Part shown: one piece after another, positions 36,601-50,672 of the stretch | How positions within the stretch are numbered: the stretch's first letter is position 1 | Layout of the letters: each line of letters opens with the position of its first letter | Source of the DNA: Podarcis tiliguerta | Lineage: Eukaryota | Assembly: GCA_965153285.1 (NCBI GenBank) | Contig: OZ229110.1 | Length of the DNA stretch: 64,000 nt | Strand: one strand, 5' to 3' | Position numbers and translations under genes: made by a program | The notes under the pieces: generated by a model | What the model was told of the DNA's origin: nothing | The model's input: the letters and a program-made list of their open reading frames with translations, nothing else | Databases searched by the model: none

Positions 36601-37678
36601 GTCAAGCAGGGATGCAGACAAAATTGTAGACAACATGGTTTGGGCTTTTATTGGGTCATTGGAGCATCAGAACGATTAGGAAAGGGTACAAAATGCCATG
36701 TAGATTACAACAAATAATGCCACATCATATTAATTGTGCCTGCTATAACTGCTGCCTAATTCCCTATGCTGAAGACAAAAAGGTATTTTATTTGTCAATA
36801 CATGCGGACTTCTTAAAACTTAAATTTTATTGTTTGCAACAGGATGTTATACTGAATTTCTGCAATCATTTTCTGAGTGTAATTAAGCTCAGCGTAAACA
36901 AACTACTCACTATTTACCGCAAATGGGGAATGGCAACTTCCTGCTTTCTAGAAATTGTGTTATATGTTCAGGATGATCAAGATGAGTCAACAAATGAGCA
37001 GTGGCATTTATGGACTACTTTTGATGGCAGCCCTGCATAGAGCATATTACACTAGTCTGAGCTGGACGTGAATGATGGTGGTCAGGTGCCTATCTTCCAA
37101 CACAGGTGGTGAATCAGTCCCATCTGAAAACTCCAGGCCAGGAAGCCTCCATCGGAAAATCTAGCAGCATCCTGAAAGCTGCTCCTTAGGTAAGAATGGA
37201 ATGTTGTCACAGGTATTTCTCCAACCAGCTAATCCACTGAGTCAGTTCTATTAGCCCACATAATTTTATGTACCGATAATCAACTAACATTGTGTGTGGG
37301 GGGTGAGACCCCACCCCGTGGCTCCAACTCTCTTCATCCATGGATTGGGAAGCATAGAAAGAGAGGAATCTCCTCTATGAGTTTAGGTTACCCTGGTTAT
37401 TTAGAACACTGCATGATTAGGGTTCTACATCACCAAAGGCAGTCTATGTAGTGCAGCCTCCCCTCTTCATACATTTCCTGTCAATTCATGGATGGTGAGG
37501 TGTGGGATAGTGTAAACTGTGCAAGTGAATAATGCCATCAGCCGTATAATGGTAGTATAGCAACACGATTCCTGGTTCATATGGATTGCCAACACAACTG
37601 CCTCAGAAAAGAGAAGTATTCACTGAAGGTTATGGTGACAAAAATAGATCCCACCCCCACCCCAAAGAGGAAACAATG

Positions 37679-37906
37679 GGCAGTATCCAGTGAAGTACCT
37701 ACCTGCCACTGCAATGACTTCTGGCTGTGCAATGGAACTTCTCCTCCCTCTCCTCTCCCTGTATCCTCCCACACCTCCAAAATCTCTTCTGGGTTCCCCC
37801 CTAACCCCCCAGAGGCGGCATGGGGAAAGGAAGAGGAGGAGAAAGTTCCATTGCACAAGTGGAAATCCTTGCATCACAGACAAAGGTGGGTCTATTGGAA
37901 CACAGC
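37679..37906. mobile_element. Palindromic MITE (PIF/Harbinger-like ends)
   Basis: Perfect 15-bp inner inverted repeat 37726-37740 / 37843-37857; degenerate termini GGCAGTATCCA / TGGAACACAGC. Confidence 0.6.
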
Positions 37907-38208
37907 TGGTTTGGTTGCACCAGCATCTTCAAGTAGTGACCATTTTAGGCACGTCTGATTGGTGCACGATCAAGCATACACTTGTCGCTGCCAACCTGGA
38001 AGTGGCCCAAAAAGGGCGGCATGGGTGTGTTGGGTTTATGTGGGGAACAGAACCCCCATGCAAAATGGTCTCCACCTGTATGCAAGCACATCTCTCTGTC
38101 TTTAAAACAAGTAAAGCAAAGAGGTCAATGGAATAGCATTCTGTTGCTTTGGGTAGGCTAACCCTATATATCTCAAACCTACTTATCAGGTTATGTGAAA
38201 CAGATGAA

Positions 38209-38378
38209 GGCTGAAATCCTATATCAATTTACCACTTTCTGAAATCAGACTGACTTCTGAGGTGATATGTATAGGATTGTGCTGTTGGGTTGCATTCCTA
38301 TACCCACTTACCTGGGAGGAACCCTCATTGAATCCAATGGAACTTACTTCTGAGTAGCAGTGCATATTATTGCGCTGT
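38209..38378. mobile_element. Two adjacent short palindromic MITEs
   Basis: Each unit reads ggYtg.a.tcctata...acttctgag...ata.gatt/attg.gct; related copy at ~12450-12550. Confidence 0.5.
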
Positions 38379-41378
38379 TAGGAAAGTACAAATGCTGTGT
38401 GAGGGTCCGTCATTACACGTTTTTCTGCAGATGCCTTAGTTTTGAGCCTGAATATCTGTTAATGACTTGTTCTGTTAAACACTGAAACACACTTTAAGGT
38501 TTCTAAGCAGGTCTCTGTGTCACTAATGTTCTCACTTGAGTTATGAAGCAAAATCTCCTCAGACTCCCCTCCCTCCCCACTCATCCCATGAATGGACTTT
38601 TTTGTGTTGTTGCTGCTGCTGTTGTTGTGTGTTAACCTCCCCTTCCTCCCCTTCCTACTTCCCAAACAAATTGTGAAAGGCGTATTCATCTGAGCAAGGG
38701 AACTCTTTGTATTGAGTATGTCCTGGTCTTTAATAAAGCACCAGACCGGCCGGGGTGGGGGGGCTTCATTCAGATGGGATGCTGTATTACAAATCTGCTT
38801 TTGTTTTAGCTTTCTGTCCTTCTAAAGGCTTTTACTGGGAAAAGAGTAGCACATTAAGCCCAAGACTTAGCTTATCCTCGTTCTCTTTGCTGCTTTACTT
38901 AATAGGTGAGTTTGGAGAGGTGTTTAATAATACAAAACCACTCATTTCCACTCCTAATGATTGCCCAGTGGTGAGTCTCTAGCAGAAGAATTGCTTAGTG
39001 AGTCTGATTCTTAAGGGTTTGGTGTTTTTTTAAGAAAAAAAAGTTCATCACATGGCCCTAAGGCTATTTATTAAATAATTGTGCAATTAATCCAGTAACC
39101 ATTATGTGAACAATTGTTTAATCAAAGCAAAGCAAACTAGGATTTCCCCTCCTGTTCAATACTGTATTGTTTTGAGATTGCTCATCACTTCAAAGTAAAC
39201 TTTCCAGTAGAAAACACATTTTCAAGTTACACAAATGCACAAAGTATTAGTAACAGCAGTTAAGCAGTTCTCTGCTAAACATGTATTTCCTTTACATCAC
39301 TATTTTCCTTTCCACTATTTAACAGTTACCCTTAAGTCTCTGCACTGCCTCCATTTTTACAAGTTTCCACATCCTTTCCCCCAAGCAAGTTTAAGCATCC
39401 TATCCTTAACATGGCGGCCATTGTGTGGACACTGGATTTACACTGTTTCTGTACAGCAGGTCAGATACCTCATACGTAAAGAAAAGCTTTAGTTATACTG
39501 TGGAAAATATGCAATCCAAATGGTAAACCATAGCTGCTTGTTGGTTTTTTTGAGGGGAGGGGGGTGACTTTCAACTCTTCCTTTCTTCTCCTATCTCCCT
39601 CTCTTCTGTTTTGCTCACTAGATTCAGAACAGCAGCTTTCTCTCTCTTCATTGGACCTCCTTCAAGTCTCACCTCAAGACCCACGTTGGGCCCCTATATC
39701 ACCCTATTCTCATCTCCCCTGCCACATCCCCACTCCCAATTATTTAATTATTGCATCCCACATCCAGCAGCATCTAACGTAAATGCTATATTCTGCGGGT
39801 AGCGTCTGTGTCTTTCCTGTGTAATGTCTAGTATTTGAAAACCAGGGACAGGTATTTAAACCCAGATATTTAGAAAGTTGGTGTGAGTTTTAATCTGTTT
39901 TAGTCTATTGCTATTTTAACTTTTCAAATTATTGTTGCTGATTTTTCTTACTGATAATTTTATTGTTTTGTGTTTTTTTTGCAAACTGCTCTGAGTCCCC
40001 CCCCCCCGCCCCAATCAAGTGATGTATAAATGTTATGGTACAAAATAAGAATGAAACATTGAAGTGCTTCTTGATGTGTTTCATCCATGAAAGGGGCTCC
40101 ATGCAGACTCGTGGCAGTATTGTGTTCAGAGTTCCACATCTAGCTCTGAACTTGTAAGATATCCACATTCAATGACCATCCATGTTCAGACACCCATGCT
40201 TGGATGTCCAGCTTCAATGAGTATAATGCTAAAACGAATGGGGCCAACAACATTTCCCCATTTCCTCTTCTAGCTCTTCATCCTCTTCCTGTGAATGAGA
40301 CACATGTTGGCAGGTATAGAATCAAGGGGTGCCCATGCAGTTCCAACTTATCAGCAGCCACAGTCCCATAGTCCCTGCTATGGAAGAGCTTTTGCCTATG
40401 GGAGGACAGTTTGCAAGTATCTAGCCATAGCCAATCTCGGTTCTTGTTTACTATTAATGTGTATTTCCGATAAACTCTGAAAAGTTTCCTAACAAGTACA
40501 ATGCCAATATGAGCACACTGTGCAATCAAAATGGCACTGGGACTGTGCAAATAACTCCAGCTTTAGAAAACTTTCTTGGAAGGTTCATATGAATGCTGTA
40601 GAGCAGCCAATTGTATAGTCTTTTGCTGGAATACATTCAGGATTATGGCAAAAACCAGTGTTGTGACTAGTAAATCTGCAAAGGAGGCAGGAGGCTCCTA
40701 CAGTGGTGAACTACCCTTTTATGCTGCTCGGAGCTAAAAAGCCTTTGGGTTGGAAGCCAGAGCAAAGTCCCAACAAGAAGCAACTTTCCCTTCTGGGTGC
40801 TATGTCTCATGTCAGACAGTAACATTAAGATAACCTTTTCAATTTTAATTTGGAGCAAGGGATACCTCATAACGGAGGGGGTTGGAAGGGTGGCTTCATG
40901 AGTTTGTTCCCTGAGCTCATTTGATGTTGAGTCCACCCCCTGCCCTTGAAGTTATGTGCTCAGTCTGGTACAAGACCCTCTTCCTAAACCAATCCTTGTG
41001 ATGCAGGAATGCTGTTGGGAAGCCTCATAGCAGACATCATAAGACATGGGTGACTTCTGATACGCAGTTTCCAACTTTCCTGGTTTACGGCTTGAGCCGT
41101 GTGTCTAATGTCAATGGATGATTCTGAGTATGCTTGGAACCCTTCACTGGTGCCAGAAAACTGAGAACGTAAGGACTAGGTCTCAGCCGCTATCAGTCCC
41201 CCTTTCCTTCACCCCACAAGATAAGTTTTGGAAGGAGGGAAACTAGCGATTACAGTGGCTAACAGTGGCTTGAGCTCTGTCTGAAGTTTTGGAATGACTT
41301 CAGGCTTTCACACTGACAATTCATAGGCAAAATACCCCCAAAAAACTGAGAGGAAAGCCAAAAGAGTTTGTGTGTTTA

Positions 41379-41620
41379 CAGTGGTACCTCAGGTTAAGTA
41401 CTTAATTCGTTCCAGAGGTCCGTTCTTAACCTGAAACTGTTCTTAACCTGAAGCACCACTTTAGCTAATGGGGCCTCCTGCTGCAGCCGCGCCGCCAGAG
41501 CACAATTTCTGTTCTCATCCTGAAACAAAGTTTTTAACCTGAAGCACTATTTCTGGGTTAGCAGAATCTGTAACCTGAAGCGTATGTAACCTGAAGCGTA
41601 TGTAATCTGAGGTACCACTG
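41379..41620. mobile_element. Tc1/mariner (Tigger-like) MITE, family copy 2
   Basis: TIR CAGTGGTACCTC / GAGGTACCACTG; TA TSD. Confidence 0.93.
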
Positions 41621-43494
41621 TATATAAAATGAATGCCATATGCATTTCAATAAGGAGAATAAAGTTTCTGAGGGGGCTTCTGCCCTTCCCTGAGCTCCAC
41701 CAGATTTTGCTTACAGGAAAATTCAAGGTAAATTGGGAGAAATATTTGCAGGCCACTGATCCCCCATTTCTGCTGTGGAGACACAGTTCCTTGGAAGTGC
41801 TTGGGAAATGAGTGTACATACTCAGGGCAGTACTGACTATTCCAGCTGTTCCATTTTATTTTTTACTCCATAGATTCCTTGCTACTCCACATGCATGAAA
41901 CAACCTGAACTAAAGTATTCACTGCTGGTCAGTATTAGCCACTAAAGTGGAAAAATGGATAGGAAAGACTGGACTAAACCTGAATCACATATCTAAAATA
42001 TATGAAACATCGATGAAAGAGACCTTAAAAAAACCTTAGCCATTTGAATTATTAAAAAATCTAGGAAAAGCACTGAACAGATACTTTGAATATGTAATTG
42101 AACTTAATGCCCCAAATAAGAAAGAAAAGCACTGGGGCTGTTAACATCAAAGCTCACATTAAAAAATGTAGGCTTTACAACTGATAAGCTCCTTCTCGAA
42201 AAAGAAAGGATCAGAAAAATCTCCATATTTCAGTGTCACTTGAGTAAAACTGACTTGATAAAAGCAAATATGTGAAGAAAGAAAAGGCAAGGCAGGAGAA
42301 GGGGGTGTCAGGTTCCAGCTCCCAGCAATATCATACCATGTAAAGTCTTTAAGTAGTGAACTTCGTTAAAAAGTAAGTATTTCTCAGGCAGCTAACAAAT
42401 GAGATTCCTCCCCCCTGCCCACCCTCCATAGGCTCTGGTTGGGATGCTGGCACCCTCTATATCAAAGCAAAATAAGTAAAAGTTAGCCTGGTAGAAATAC
42501 TCTTTTTAGATAAGTTTTGGCTCCAAAGCACAAGCGGTTAATGTCCTTTTCTCTGGTGGATGATTTTATATTATTTCACAAAAGGCATACTCTTAATGAT
42601 TCACAAAGGGAGCCAGCTTGATATCCAAGTGATACGATGATGAATAAAATATATTTCTTTTCAAAAGTAGCAAAATTAGCTACGGAAAAAAAATTGAGCT
42701 GGTGGTTGTCCTAATCATTCCTTCAGTCAAAAGTGAGCAACATGGCCCATGGGTTCAACAGAGTTGTGATGTGGCTTGTTGTGTCCCCCGACTTCTTGTT
42801 ATAATTCTGAGATACTTTTAAAAAAATAAAAACCACACACATTAAAAGTGTTTCTGTCACTCATGGTTGTGGAGATAAGCTCAAAAATGTGAAGGTAATA
42901 TAAAGAATGCTGCAGTTGTAAATGGAACTATGAATAAGGGTTAGTTTGGAATAACGTTTATTTCCGGGTTGACCATTCATATGCAGATGTACTCATAGTG
43001 AAGCAGCCTTGTCTCATATGAACTGTGGTGGCCTCACTATTTCTTCAATTCTGCCAACTGTTTCCATTAAAGGACATGAATGTTTTTGCTTATGCATGTA
43101 TTACACGCATTCACACTGCATCATAGGTTGTTGTAGTCTTAACACTGTGCAAATGTTCATTGTTCTTGCACATGTGCATATTTCTCTCTGTTTCGCCTGG
43201 TCTGCCTCCACCCTGGACAAGAGTTAGCACCCTCTCTTCAACCATATTCACAAGTGCAGGGACTATGGGTTGGAGGCTGCTTTTATGCAAGTCAAATGGG
43301 TGCTGTACCAGTTGGGAATCTGTAGCTGTATGGGATTGCACCCTCTGCTACACAGAAACCAAACTGTTCAGGGCAACACTTTGGATGGTGTTTGGAAACA
43401 AACTGACCGCCTAGTACAGATCTCCAATACACTAGGGGGTATAAGATAGCTATCATGACTAGTAGTCATTGGTAACCTTATCCTCCATGAATTT

Positions 43495-43600
43495 CCATGG
43501 AGATCTTTGAGAACTGGTGGGATATAACTGCTGCAGTGCTTTGCTGTCAATATCCAATATCCCAGCTGCTGCATTCTGAACCAGCTGGTGTCCCCATACA
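43495..43600 (-). mobile_element. Old L2 fragment
   Basis: QLVQNAAA...IPPVLKDLH-type peptides on the minus strand. Confidence 0.55.
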
Positions 43601-44929
43601 TTTTTGAGAACTACACAAGGAAGTGCTTTCCACGCTGTTCTGCATGCTGTAAAACCCATGCATCTGCACTGCCAAGTGCCCACCCACATGGTCACCACCA
43701 CACTGGTGAATCAGGCCTCATGAACAAGAAGTTGTTTCCTTGCCTTGTAAAGGCCTGACTCTGAAAACCTTTAACATAAAGGAAAGAAGAATACGACATG
43801 TGGCTTTGCATTGTAGGTAGAATTTTTTTGTTTTGTTTTCTACAATGAGAAACATAGACGGTAACTCAAACACCGAGAGATCTATTTACGCTTCCGAACA
43901 AACAGTTTATAAAGTCTATTATATACAGATGTCTAAATATTTTGAAAATGTTTGCTTATTGGACGTGAAATGAAGCTACCTGTTTTTATTTGAAAAATTT
44001 CCCCTTGGAGTTTGCATGTAAAACTAAAATCACTTGTTAGCTGACACAGTGCGGCAAATGAGGCTTATTTACAGAGTATATGAAGTGCCTGGGCTTATGT
44101 TTGTATCCTGGAAAGCAATACATTTGAATTTTCATTAGACGATTCCCTTTTTGCAAGAAGGGGGAAAAAGTGATTCATTGTATAAAAAGAGTAGTAAGTG
44201 GCTTACTCTCGGTCTTTGTCAAGAGACAACTGGCAAATTGCGGGCTGCATAATATTTCCAGGACTCTACTTGTATCTGGAAATTGACTGCTTTGCAGGCA
44301 GTTTAATCAACAGGGCAAATAATCTGTACAAAACAATCCTCAAAACAGTCTGGAATTTGGCACAGCTAATTGGAATTGTGTGTGCTTTTGCTAGACCACA
44401 GTCCCAAGATAATTTCCTGCATCTGATAAAGTGAAGTGTCGTCCACAAAAGTTTATGCCATAATAATTTTATCAGGGTGAAATCCAGTGGTGTCTGCATG
44501 TGAATGGAACAGACTTCTGCTCCTATAACATCCTCCCTGCGGCCCCTGTGCAGCCCAAAATGTGCTTGAGAGAGAGAGAAGACCAGTCCATTAGGGCAAA
44601 TAGGCACTACCTCACCAACATCAGTCTACCCTCAGCCACCCCCATCTGCCTAGCTTCATACTTACAACCAGTCTAGGGGTGTCAGCTTGACGCTGGCTAT
44701 CAGCTTCCTCCTTCCTATTCTGAGTGTTGTCCTTGCAGAACACAGCAGGGATGAGGATGGGGACAAAACCATAATTAATTGGTTCTGCCTGCCATTGGCT
44801 GTGGTTTCACCTGTTATTTGCTCTGATTAGACCTACTGTTGGCTTCCTGCCTTAGGCTCTTACAGTCCCAATGGATACCAGCCACCATAGAGATATGGTG
44901 GATCCTCAAGGCAAGGCTGGTTTGCTTTG

Positions 44930-46550
44930 TGTCATTTATTATCTCAATAATTTGCTTTTTGCAGGCCCTGCCACTTAAGGACAATATTTGCCCTAAATAC
45001 ATTAATTTAAGGAATGAGCAGATTATATTGGCTTCCCCTTAGCTGTAAAAAAAATGAAGGTGCCAGCCACCAATTTGACATGGTGAGTGAGACTGGTTGC
45101 CTTCCTTAGAGTAAGTTGCTGACCTCCAGAAAGAGGCTGGAAAGTTGTTCTAAGGCCAAAGGTGTGACTCTCAGGCAGCTTCAGGAACTAGTGAGGCACT
45201 TTACTTCTGCCTGTGAGGTGGTGGCCGCTTGGCATGCCTTTCTTCACAGGCTTTGAGACACAAGATAGTGTGTTGCGCGTCGAGGTCCCCAAGCCACCCC
45301 AAATAAAGCACACTTGACACATAATTTTAGTTTAAGGTTTTTGGCATAATTTTGGCCACAATTAAAATTACAAGCGATGTGAGTGGTTGCTTGGGCATTG
45401 GTTGTGACTATCTGCCCCCGCATGGGGACAAACTGACATTCGCCCGCCCGCAAAGTCAGAAAGGGAAAACATTTTGGGGAGAGAGGCAGAGCTGGGTACC
45501 ATGCCTCACCTCTCCCCAAATGCTCCCATGGGCTCTTGCGTGGCCCTAGCCCCTTGACAGGGATTCGGACAAAAGCATGGCGATCCCCTGGATTCCTTTA
45601 ATGGAATACCCTTGCAGCAGCAGTATTTTGGAGGGACAGGCACAGCCAATCTGTACCCCTCGACCAACAAATTAATAAAACCAATTCCTAACCACAACCT
45701 TACAAGTTGCGATGATTTGCTACGCAGTAGGCAAAACCCAAATGGCATCAGCCAATCAGCCAAATGGACAAAATTCCTACCGGGCCCCTGCCCCAAAGCA
45801 GACGACCCCATGATAGGCATAGCAAGGTCAAGCAAACAGCCTAAAATAGGGAGGGAGGGCGGGTGATCCGATGCATCCAGCGAAAAGAGGAAGCTCAACA
45901 CTGTGCACAGGGCATATATATAAGCTATGGCTGTCAATCACAAAACGGCAACATATAAATCTCCTCAGCAACAGATAGGAACCAATGGATGTGGTGGCCC
46001 AGCAACAGTGGGGTGTCTTGTTAGCACCCATCGCAACATGTGGTCTCCAAGAAGGAGAACATGCTTTACTGCTGATCATCTTCACAAGGTGCAGCTCACA
46101 TGAGAGCCGACATGCTTATGTGAAGGTGCATTTTACAGTTCAATTGCATTTCTTTCTGGAGGAGTCCCTTACTGTATTGCTCAAGGCTGAACTGTCGCAA
46201 ATGCTGCTGCTGGAATTGGTTGGGGGGGGGCATTTCCCAAGAGGCGTTGGTGGACAGAACACTAACTTGAAAGTTGGGTTTCTCAAGAGTCAACTCAAAA
46301 CCTGACTTTTTCTGAACTGCTCCCTATCATGGTAGCTTTTGGAAAGAGAAGTTTCACAATGCGTCCATTCAGTTTTGGGATCTTAACCTGTGCATGGTGC
46401 ACATTACTAGTTATTCGTCTTCACAGTCAGGATATCTGGCAATTAAAGACTTGGATTCTTAATTTCATGATTGTTTGGTCTGAGATGCTGGAATACCGTT
46501 TTTTATGTAGAGCACGCCATCCTAACCATATTGAAATGGCTAGGAGGTGA
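44930..46550 (+). mobile_element. Degraded tyrosine-recombinase retrotransposon (Ngaro/DIRS) RT-RNase H fragment, split by an LTR
   Basis: VTLRQLQELVRHFTSACEVVAAWHAFLHRL (cf. VTLKELQSLIGHLNFACRVV.PGRAFLRRL); after the insertion QFNCISFW, AAAGIG, NLTFSELLPIMVA and RARH, typical of DIRS/Ngaro RNase H. Confidence 0.7.
45271..46038 (-). mobile_element. LTR-like element (solo LTR), copy 2, 768 bp
   Basis: 7-bp terminal inverted repeat TGTTGCG / CGCAACA; possible 4-bp TSD AGTG/TGTG; homologous to 6404-7191. Confidence 0.82.
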
Positions 46551-47879
46551 GTCAACAGGGATGTGCACAATTGTCTGTTGGGCTTATATTTTCCGGTGTG
46601 GGGATTAGATATGATGCACTGACCTTCTTGTGCACTTCTCTACTGAAGGCTCTGACCTTTATCTGAGAGATCTGCTGCAAAGCTCTTCTTTCAATACAGT
46701 GAGTAACCCTCATCCCATTCATGACTTGTATCTTCATTATGATGGGTAATTGAGCATTTCAGAATCATGAGCAATTTCTAAGGTACTTTATCTGTCTCTA
46801 CTACCGCAATACACAAAGCAAATCTCGTGGTTCTTAGCTTCAGTCCTTCTTCACACATTATAAACAAACATGAAAAGCAGAAAAGTGAATGAAATGCTTT
46901 GATTTTTATCAGAAAGCAATGTATAAGAAAGCAATGCAGTAGCTTAAATGGTTGCATGTTCTACCCTTTGGCATGGGAAGAAACAGAGACGGTTGTTTCA
47001 GTTTCATCCATTTAGCTTTATTTTAAAATGACATGAGAGTTAACCTTCTTTTATAGGGGATCTGGCCTGCTTTATTTGCGTTCCAACATCAAAAGGGGTC
47101 TGTTTCTAGGAAAATATGGTAGCTGAACAAATTGTTAATTTTCCATTATGCTTAAGGTTAAGCTGCATCTTTCTTTTGACATTTCTATTAGAAGCCCTAA
47201 TTAAAGGCAAATTCCTATGTATCCTACTGAGACTTCAACAGAGCTCAGGAATAAGGAGCTCATTGTGATGTTTGAAAATAGCTTGTTTGTCCGAAAGCCA
47301 TAAAAGTGGTTACTAATTGCATTTGGCAAAGTACAGTCAATAATATGTGGGCGAATGACTGCATATGCTACCTTGATGCCATTACAAAAACTGACCTGGA
47401 AGAAAAATGCTGATCAAACTAAGGCTTGACGCCCATATTATTATTAAACAAAAGGGGATGCTCAAAGATGAAGTGGACGTGAGATTTCACACCTGTGGAC
47501 ACTTTCTTAGAAGTAGATTCTCTTGAACTCTGTGGGGCATACTTCCAAGCAAACAAGCACCTGACTGGGTTGTTCCATTTAAGAAGGAATATGATTTATG
47601 ATTCCTGTCTCCAAGCTCACCAAATGCCTAGAACTCCATCAATAAATCCAATTTATAAAGAACTTAAATAATAAGTGGCTGTGTGAGAGTTAAAATGGCA
47701 AAGAGGTACAGTATTGTGTTCTATGGCAGTCCACACAGAGTAATATGTTTATTTAGGGCCGGCCTCCTCTCTCTCCACCATGTTGTGGCCTCATTTTCAG
47801 GCCAGAAAAGGGTGGTGTCCAGAAACTACCGCTAGTGCAAAATGCAGCAGCTAGGGTCCTGAGTGGAGTGTGCGTTAGC

Positions 47880-48101
47880 ATTGTTGTTGTTTAGTCGTTT
47901 AGTTGTGTCCAATTCTTTGTGACCCCATGGACCAGAGCACGCCAGGCACTCCTGTCTTCCACTGCCTCCCGCAGTTTGGTCAAACTCATGTTGGTAGCTT
48001 CAAGAACATTGTCCAACCATCTTGTCCTCTGTCTCGTGCTCTTTTTGTGCCCTCAATCTTTCCCAGCATCAGGGTCTTTTCCAGGGAGTCTTCTCTTCTC
48101 A
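47880..48101 (-). mobile_element. BovB (RTE) LINE 3' end
   Basis: (TTG)n tail, ttagtcg...gaccccatggac...aaactcatg...tccaaccatct...tttcccagcatcagggtcttttcca; TSD TGCGTTAGC/TGCATTAGC. Confidence 0.92.
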
Positions 48102-48677
48102 TGCATTAGCTACACTGTTCTCAATGGAGCAGCTTGGGTGGGCTGCCAATATGCTACTAGGCCCGGCTGAAGCTTTTAGTATTGACCTGCAGAGCTTTAA
48201 GCAACTTGGGACCAGGTTGCATGAAGAAGTACCTTTCACCCCATTGCCCTGCCTGGTTGCTCACATTGTTGATTGATGTTCTGATGGTCTAAAGGATGGG
48301 CTGGTTTTTTTGGGGGGGGGGGTGGCAATTGCCCACCACTGGGATAAACTCTGGTAGCACCAGTAAATTTCACCTCGTACCTGGACAAAGCTCTGCATTT
48401 ACCTCTGCTGAAAGTTTCTTTTGAGAAGTTTCAGCTCATCCCTGGTTAAGCTACTCTAATCTTTGCAGTAGTACAGTACAATTTTTGCCTTATGTGTTTT
48501 GGTTATTCTATGCATTATATAAATAAATAGAGGGACAACTGACCACTGCAGCAGAGTTATTTCTGGAAGGAAGGGAGATCATTAGCATCATACCTTTTTT
48601 GTATCTTTTATAAAATTTTAATGGAGTACTTTAGTCATGATTGCACATCAGGGCAGAGGAAGCAGAACAGAATAAGC

Positions 48678-48800
48678 TAGACTTCCCCAAACTGATGTCA
48701 TCCAGACTTTCCCATCATACCTGACCACTGGCCATGCTGGCTGGAGCTGACAGGAGTTGAGGTCCAAAATATCAGAAGTGCACTTGGTTGGGGAAAGCTA
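48678..48800. mobile_element. Degraded palindromic hAT-like MITE
   Basis: cttccccaaact...ttggggaaagc termini; core related to 2397-2532. Confidence 0.6.
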
Positions 48801-49183
48801 TGACAAACTATTAACTTCTCTTCCTTGGACTTCTCTGATTTGCCCTGTCTCTCCTAGTTGGGGAATAACCTCCCAATGGGAGTTTGCACAACTTTCTGTG
48901 GGGGCATGTTTGGAAGACTGTCTTAGGCTGTTGCAGCAGCAAAAACAACTAAAGGGCCCAGCAGCACAATTTATGTTAACAAATCAATTATTCATCTTGT
49001 TTCTCTTCTTTTCCGGTCATGTGAAAAAGATTCAAATGTGGTATGAGCACAAAGCTATCAAAGCCATGAACAAACCATCCATCAACACTCCTAGGGAATG
49101 GTGATGCTGGCAAATTATCTGGGTGATTACTGTTTACCAAATAAGTAAGAATATGCAAAATAATGTACTGTATTTTATAATCT

Positions 49184-49359
49184 CAGACCCTTCAAGTCCA
49201 GGGAGAGTCCTGGATTTACAGAAGCTGTCCCAGTTTCTGATTTGATGCCGGAATGTCCCACTTTTTCTTAGGACATCCCTATTTTCATCAGAGGAATGCT
49301 GGAGGGTATGGAGGTATGTGAAGTTCGTTAATGTTTAGGATAGGTGGAGTGTAAATAGC

Positions 49360-49396
<37 letters not shown>

Positions 49397-49443
49397 TAAA
49401 TAGGACGTCCCTATTTTCACTGGAGAAATCTTGGATGGTATAT
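49184..49443. mobile_element. Non-autonomous DNA element with a duplicated terminal segment and (CAT)n
   Basis: taggacRtccctattttca...tggaKggtat occurs twice; (CAT)n at 49362-49395. Confidence 0.5.
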
Positions 49444-50672
49444 AAACTTTTGAAATTGTCTGGTTGTGTTCTTCTTTTTTTAACAAGAGAAGATAGGCAT
49501 GTTTGACACTGAAGAAGTTTGGGAATTTGTCTGGCTTCCTGTTACTAAGAAGGGATCTGGCAATCAGTATCAAACAGCTGCTGAAGCTACTCTGATGCAG
49601 AATAAGTATCCAGAGTAGGTTTTTTATTTGGGTCGATGACAGAAAGAGGAAAGATTGGTTTCAGAAGGAATAACAAACATTTCCTCAGACTTCCAGATCT
49701 TGCATAATTGAGGAAAAGGGAACCAAAAGGGACTATTTATCTGTGTTTGACATTGTTTGAACATTTGTGTTATATTTATTACGGGGGTGAAATAACCCCC
49801 CATTTCTTCTTTCATTGGGCTTCCTTTTTCACTCTGCCCTCAATTCTGGCTTAACCAGGAGATTTTTCTTCTGTTAGATTTCATTTCCTTAGCTTTCATT
49901 TCTTTTTCAGACTCTTCCCAGCTCTGTATTGCCACTGTGCACATGTGCATTGATGAAACATTTTAAGAAGGTAGTCTTGATGTGATGGTATTACAAAGGG
50001 TGAGGAATTTGGGGAGGAAGGTGTCCACATTCCAGAGCAAACTCACTTGATTTGCAGCTTCTGGATTAATATTTAGATTGGAATGTGGCTTGTTCCAAAA
50101 TTTATACTCCTGCCAAGTTCTATGAGGTGGCCTGAGGGCTGCCTTTAATATTTCTCCCTTTCTCCTTTATACTTATTTATTTGCTTGTTTGTTTTTTTAT
50201 AAGATTTAGCAGCTTGGTGCAACTAGAAAGCACAGCAGCTACTGCAAGGGTTGAGAAGAAGCCAGAAATGCCCTGGAGAGGGATGACATGGAATGACATG
50301 CAAGGAGATTGTATGCAAGTAACAGTGGGGACAGCCATCTTTTTTCTATACAATGCCTGAATTCTTGTAAAACATCTTTTAAAGAAGGCAGATCACCTCA
50401 TAAGTACCTTGTGTTCTGTTGAGCTCATGCTGGCAGGGCAGAAAAGAGAACAGAGCAGCATTCCTTTGCTCCTTCATCTTTTCCTGCCCCAGTCCATCCA
50501 AGGAGATTTCATTCAACAACATCCATCCATGAGAATGATGTGGCAGAAATACTGTATGCCACTTCTAGCATAGATGGATTTAGGAGTGCGTGATCAGTTC
50601 AGTCGCACTAGGCATGGAGCCTTGGGGGTGTTGTGGGGGTGCCACAACTATGATGCAAAATGGAAGGTAATA

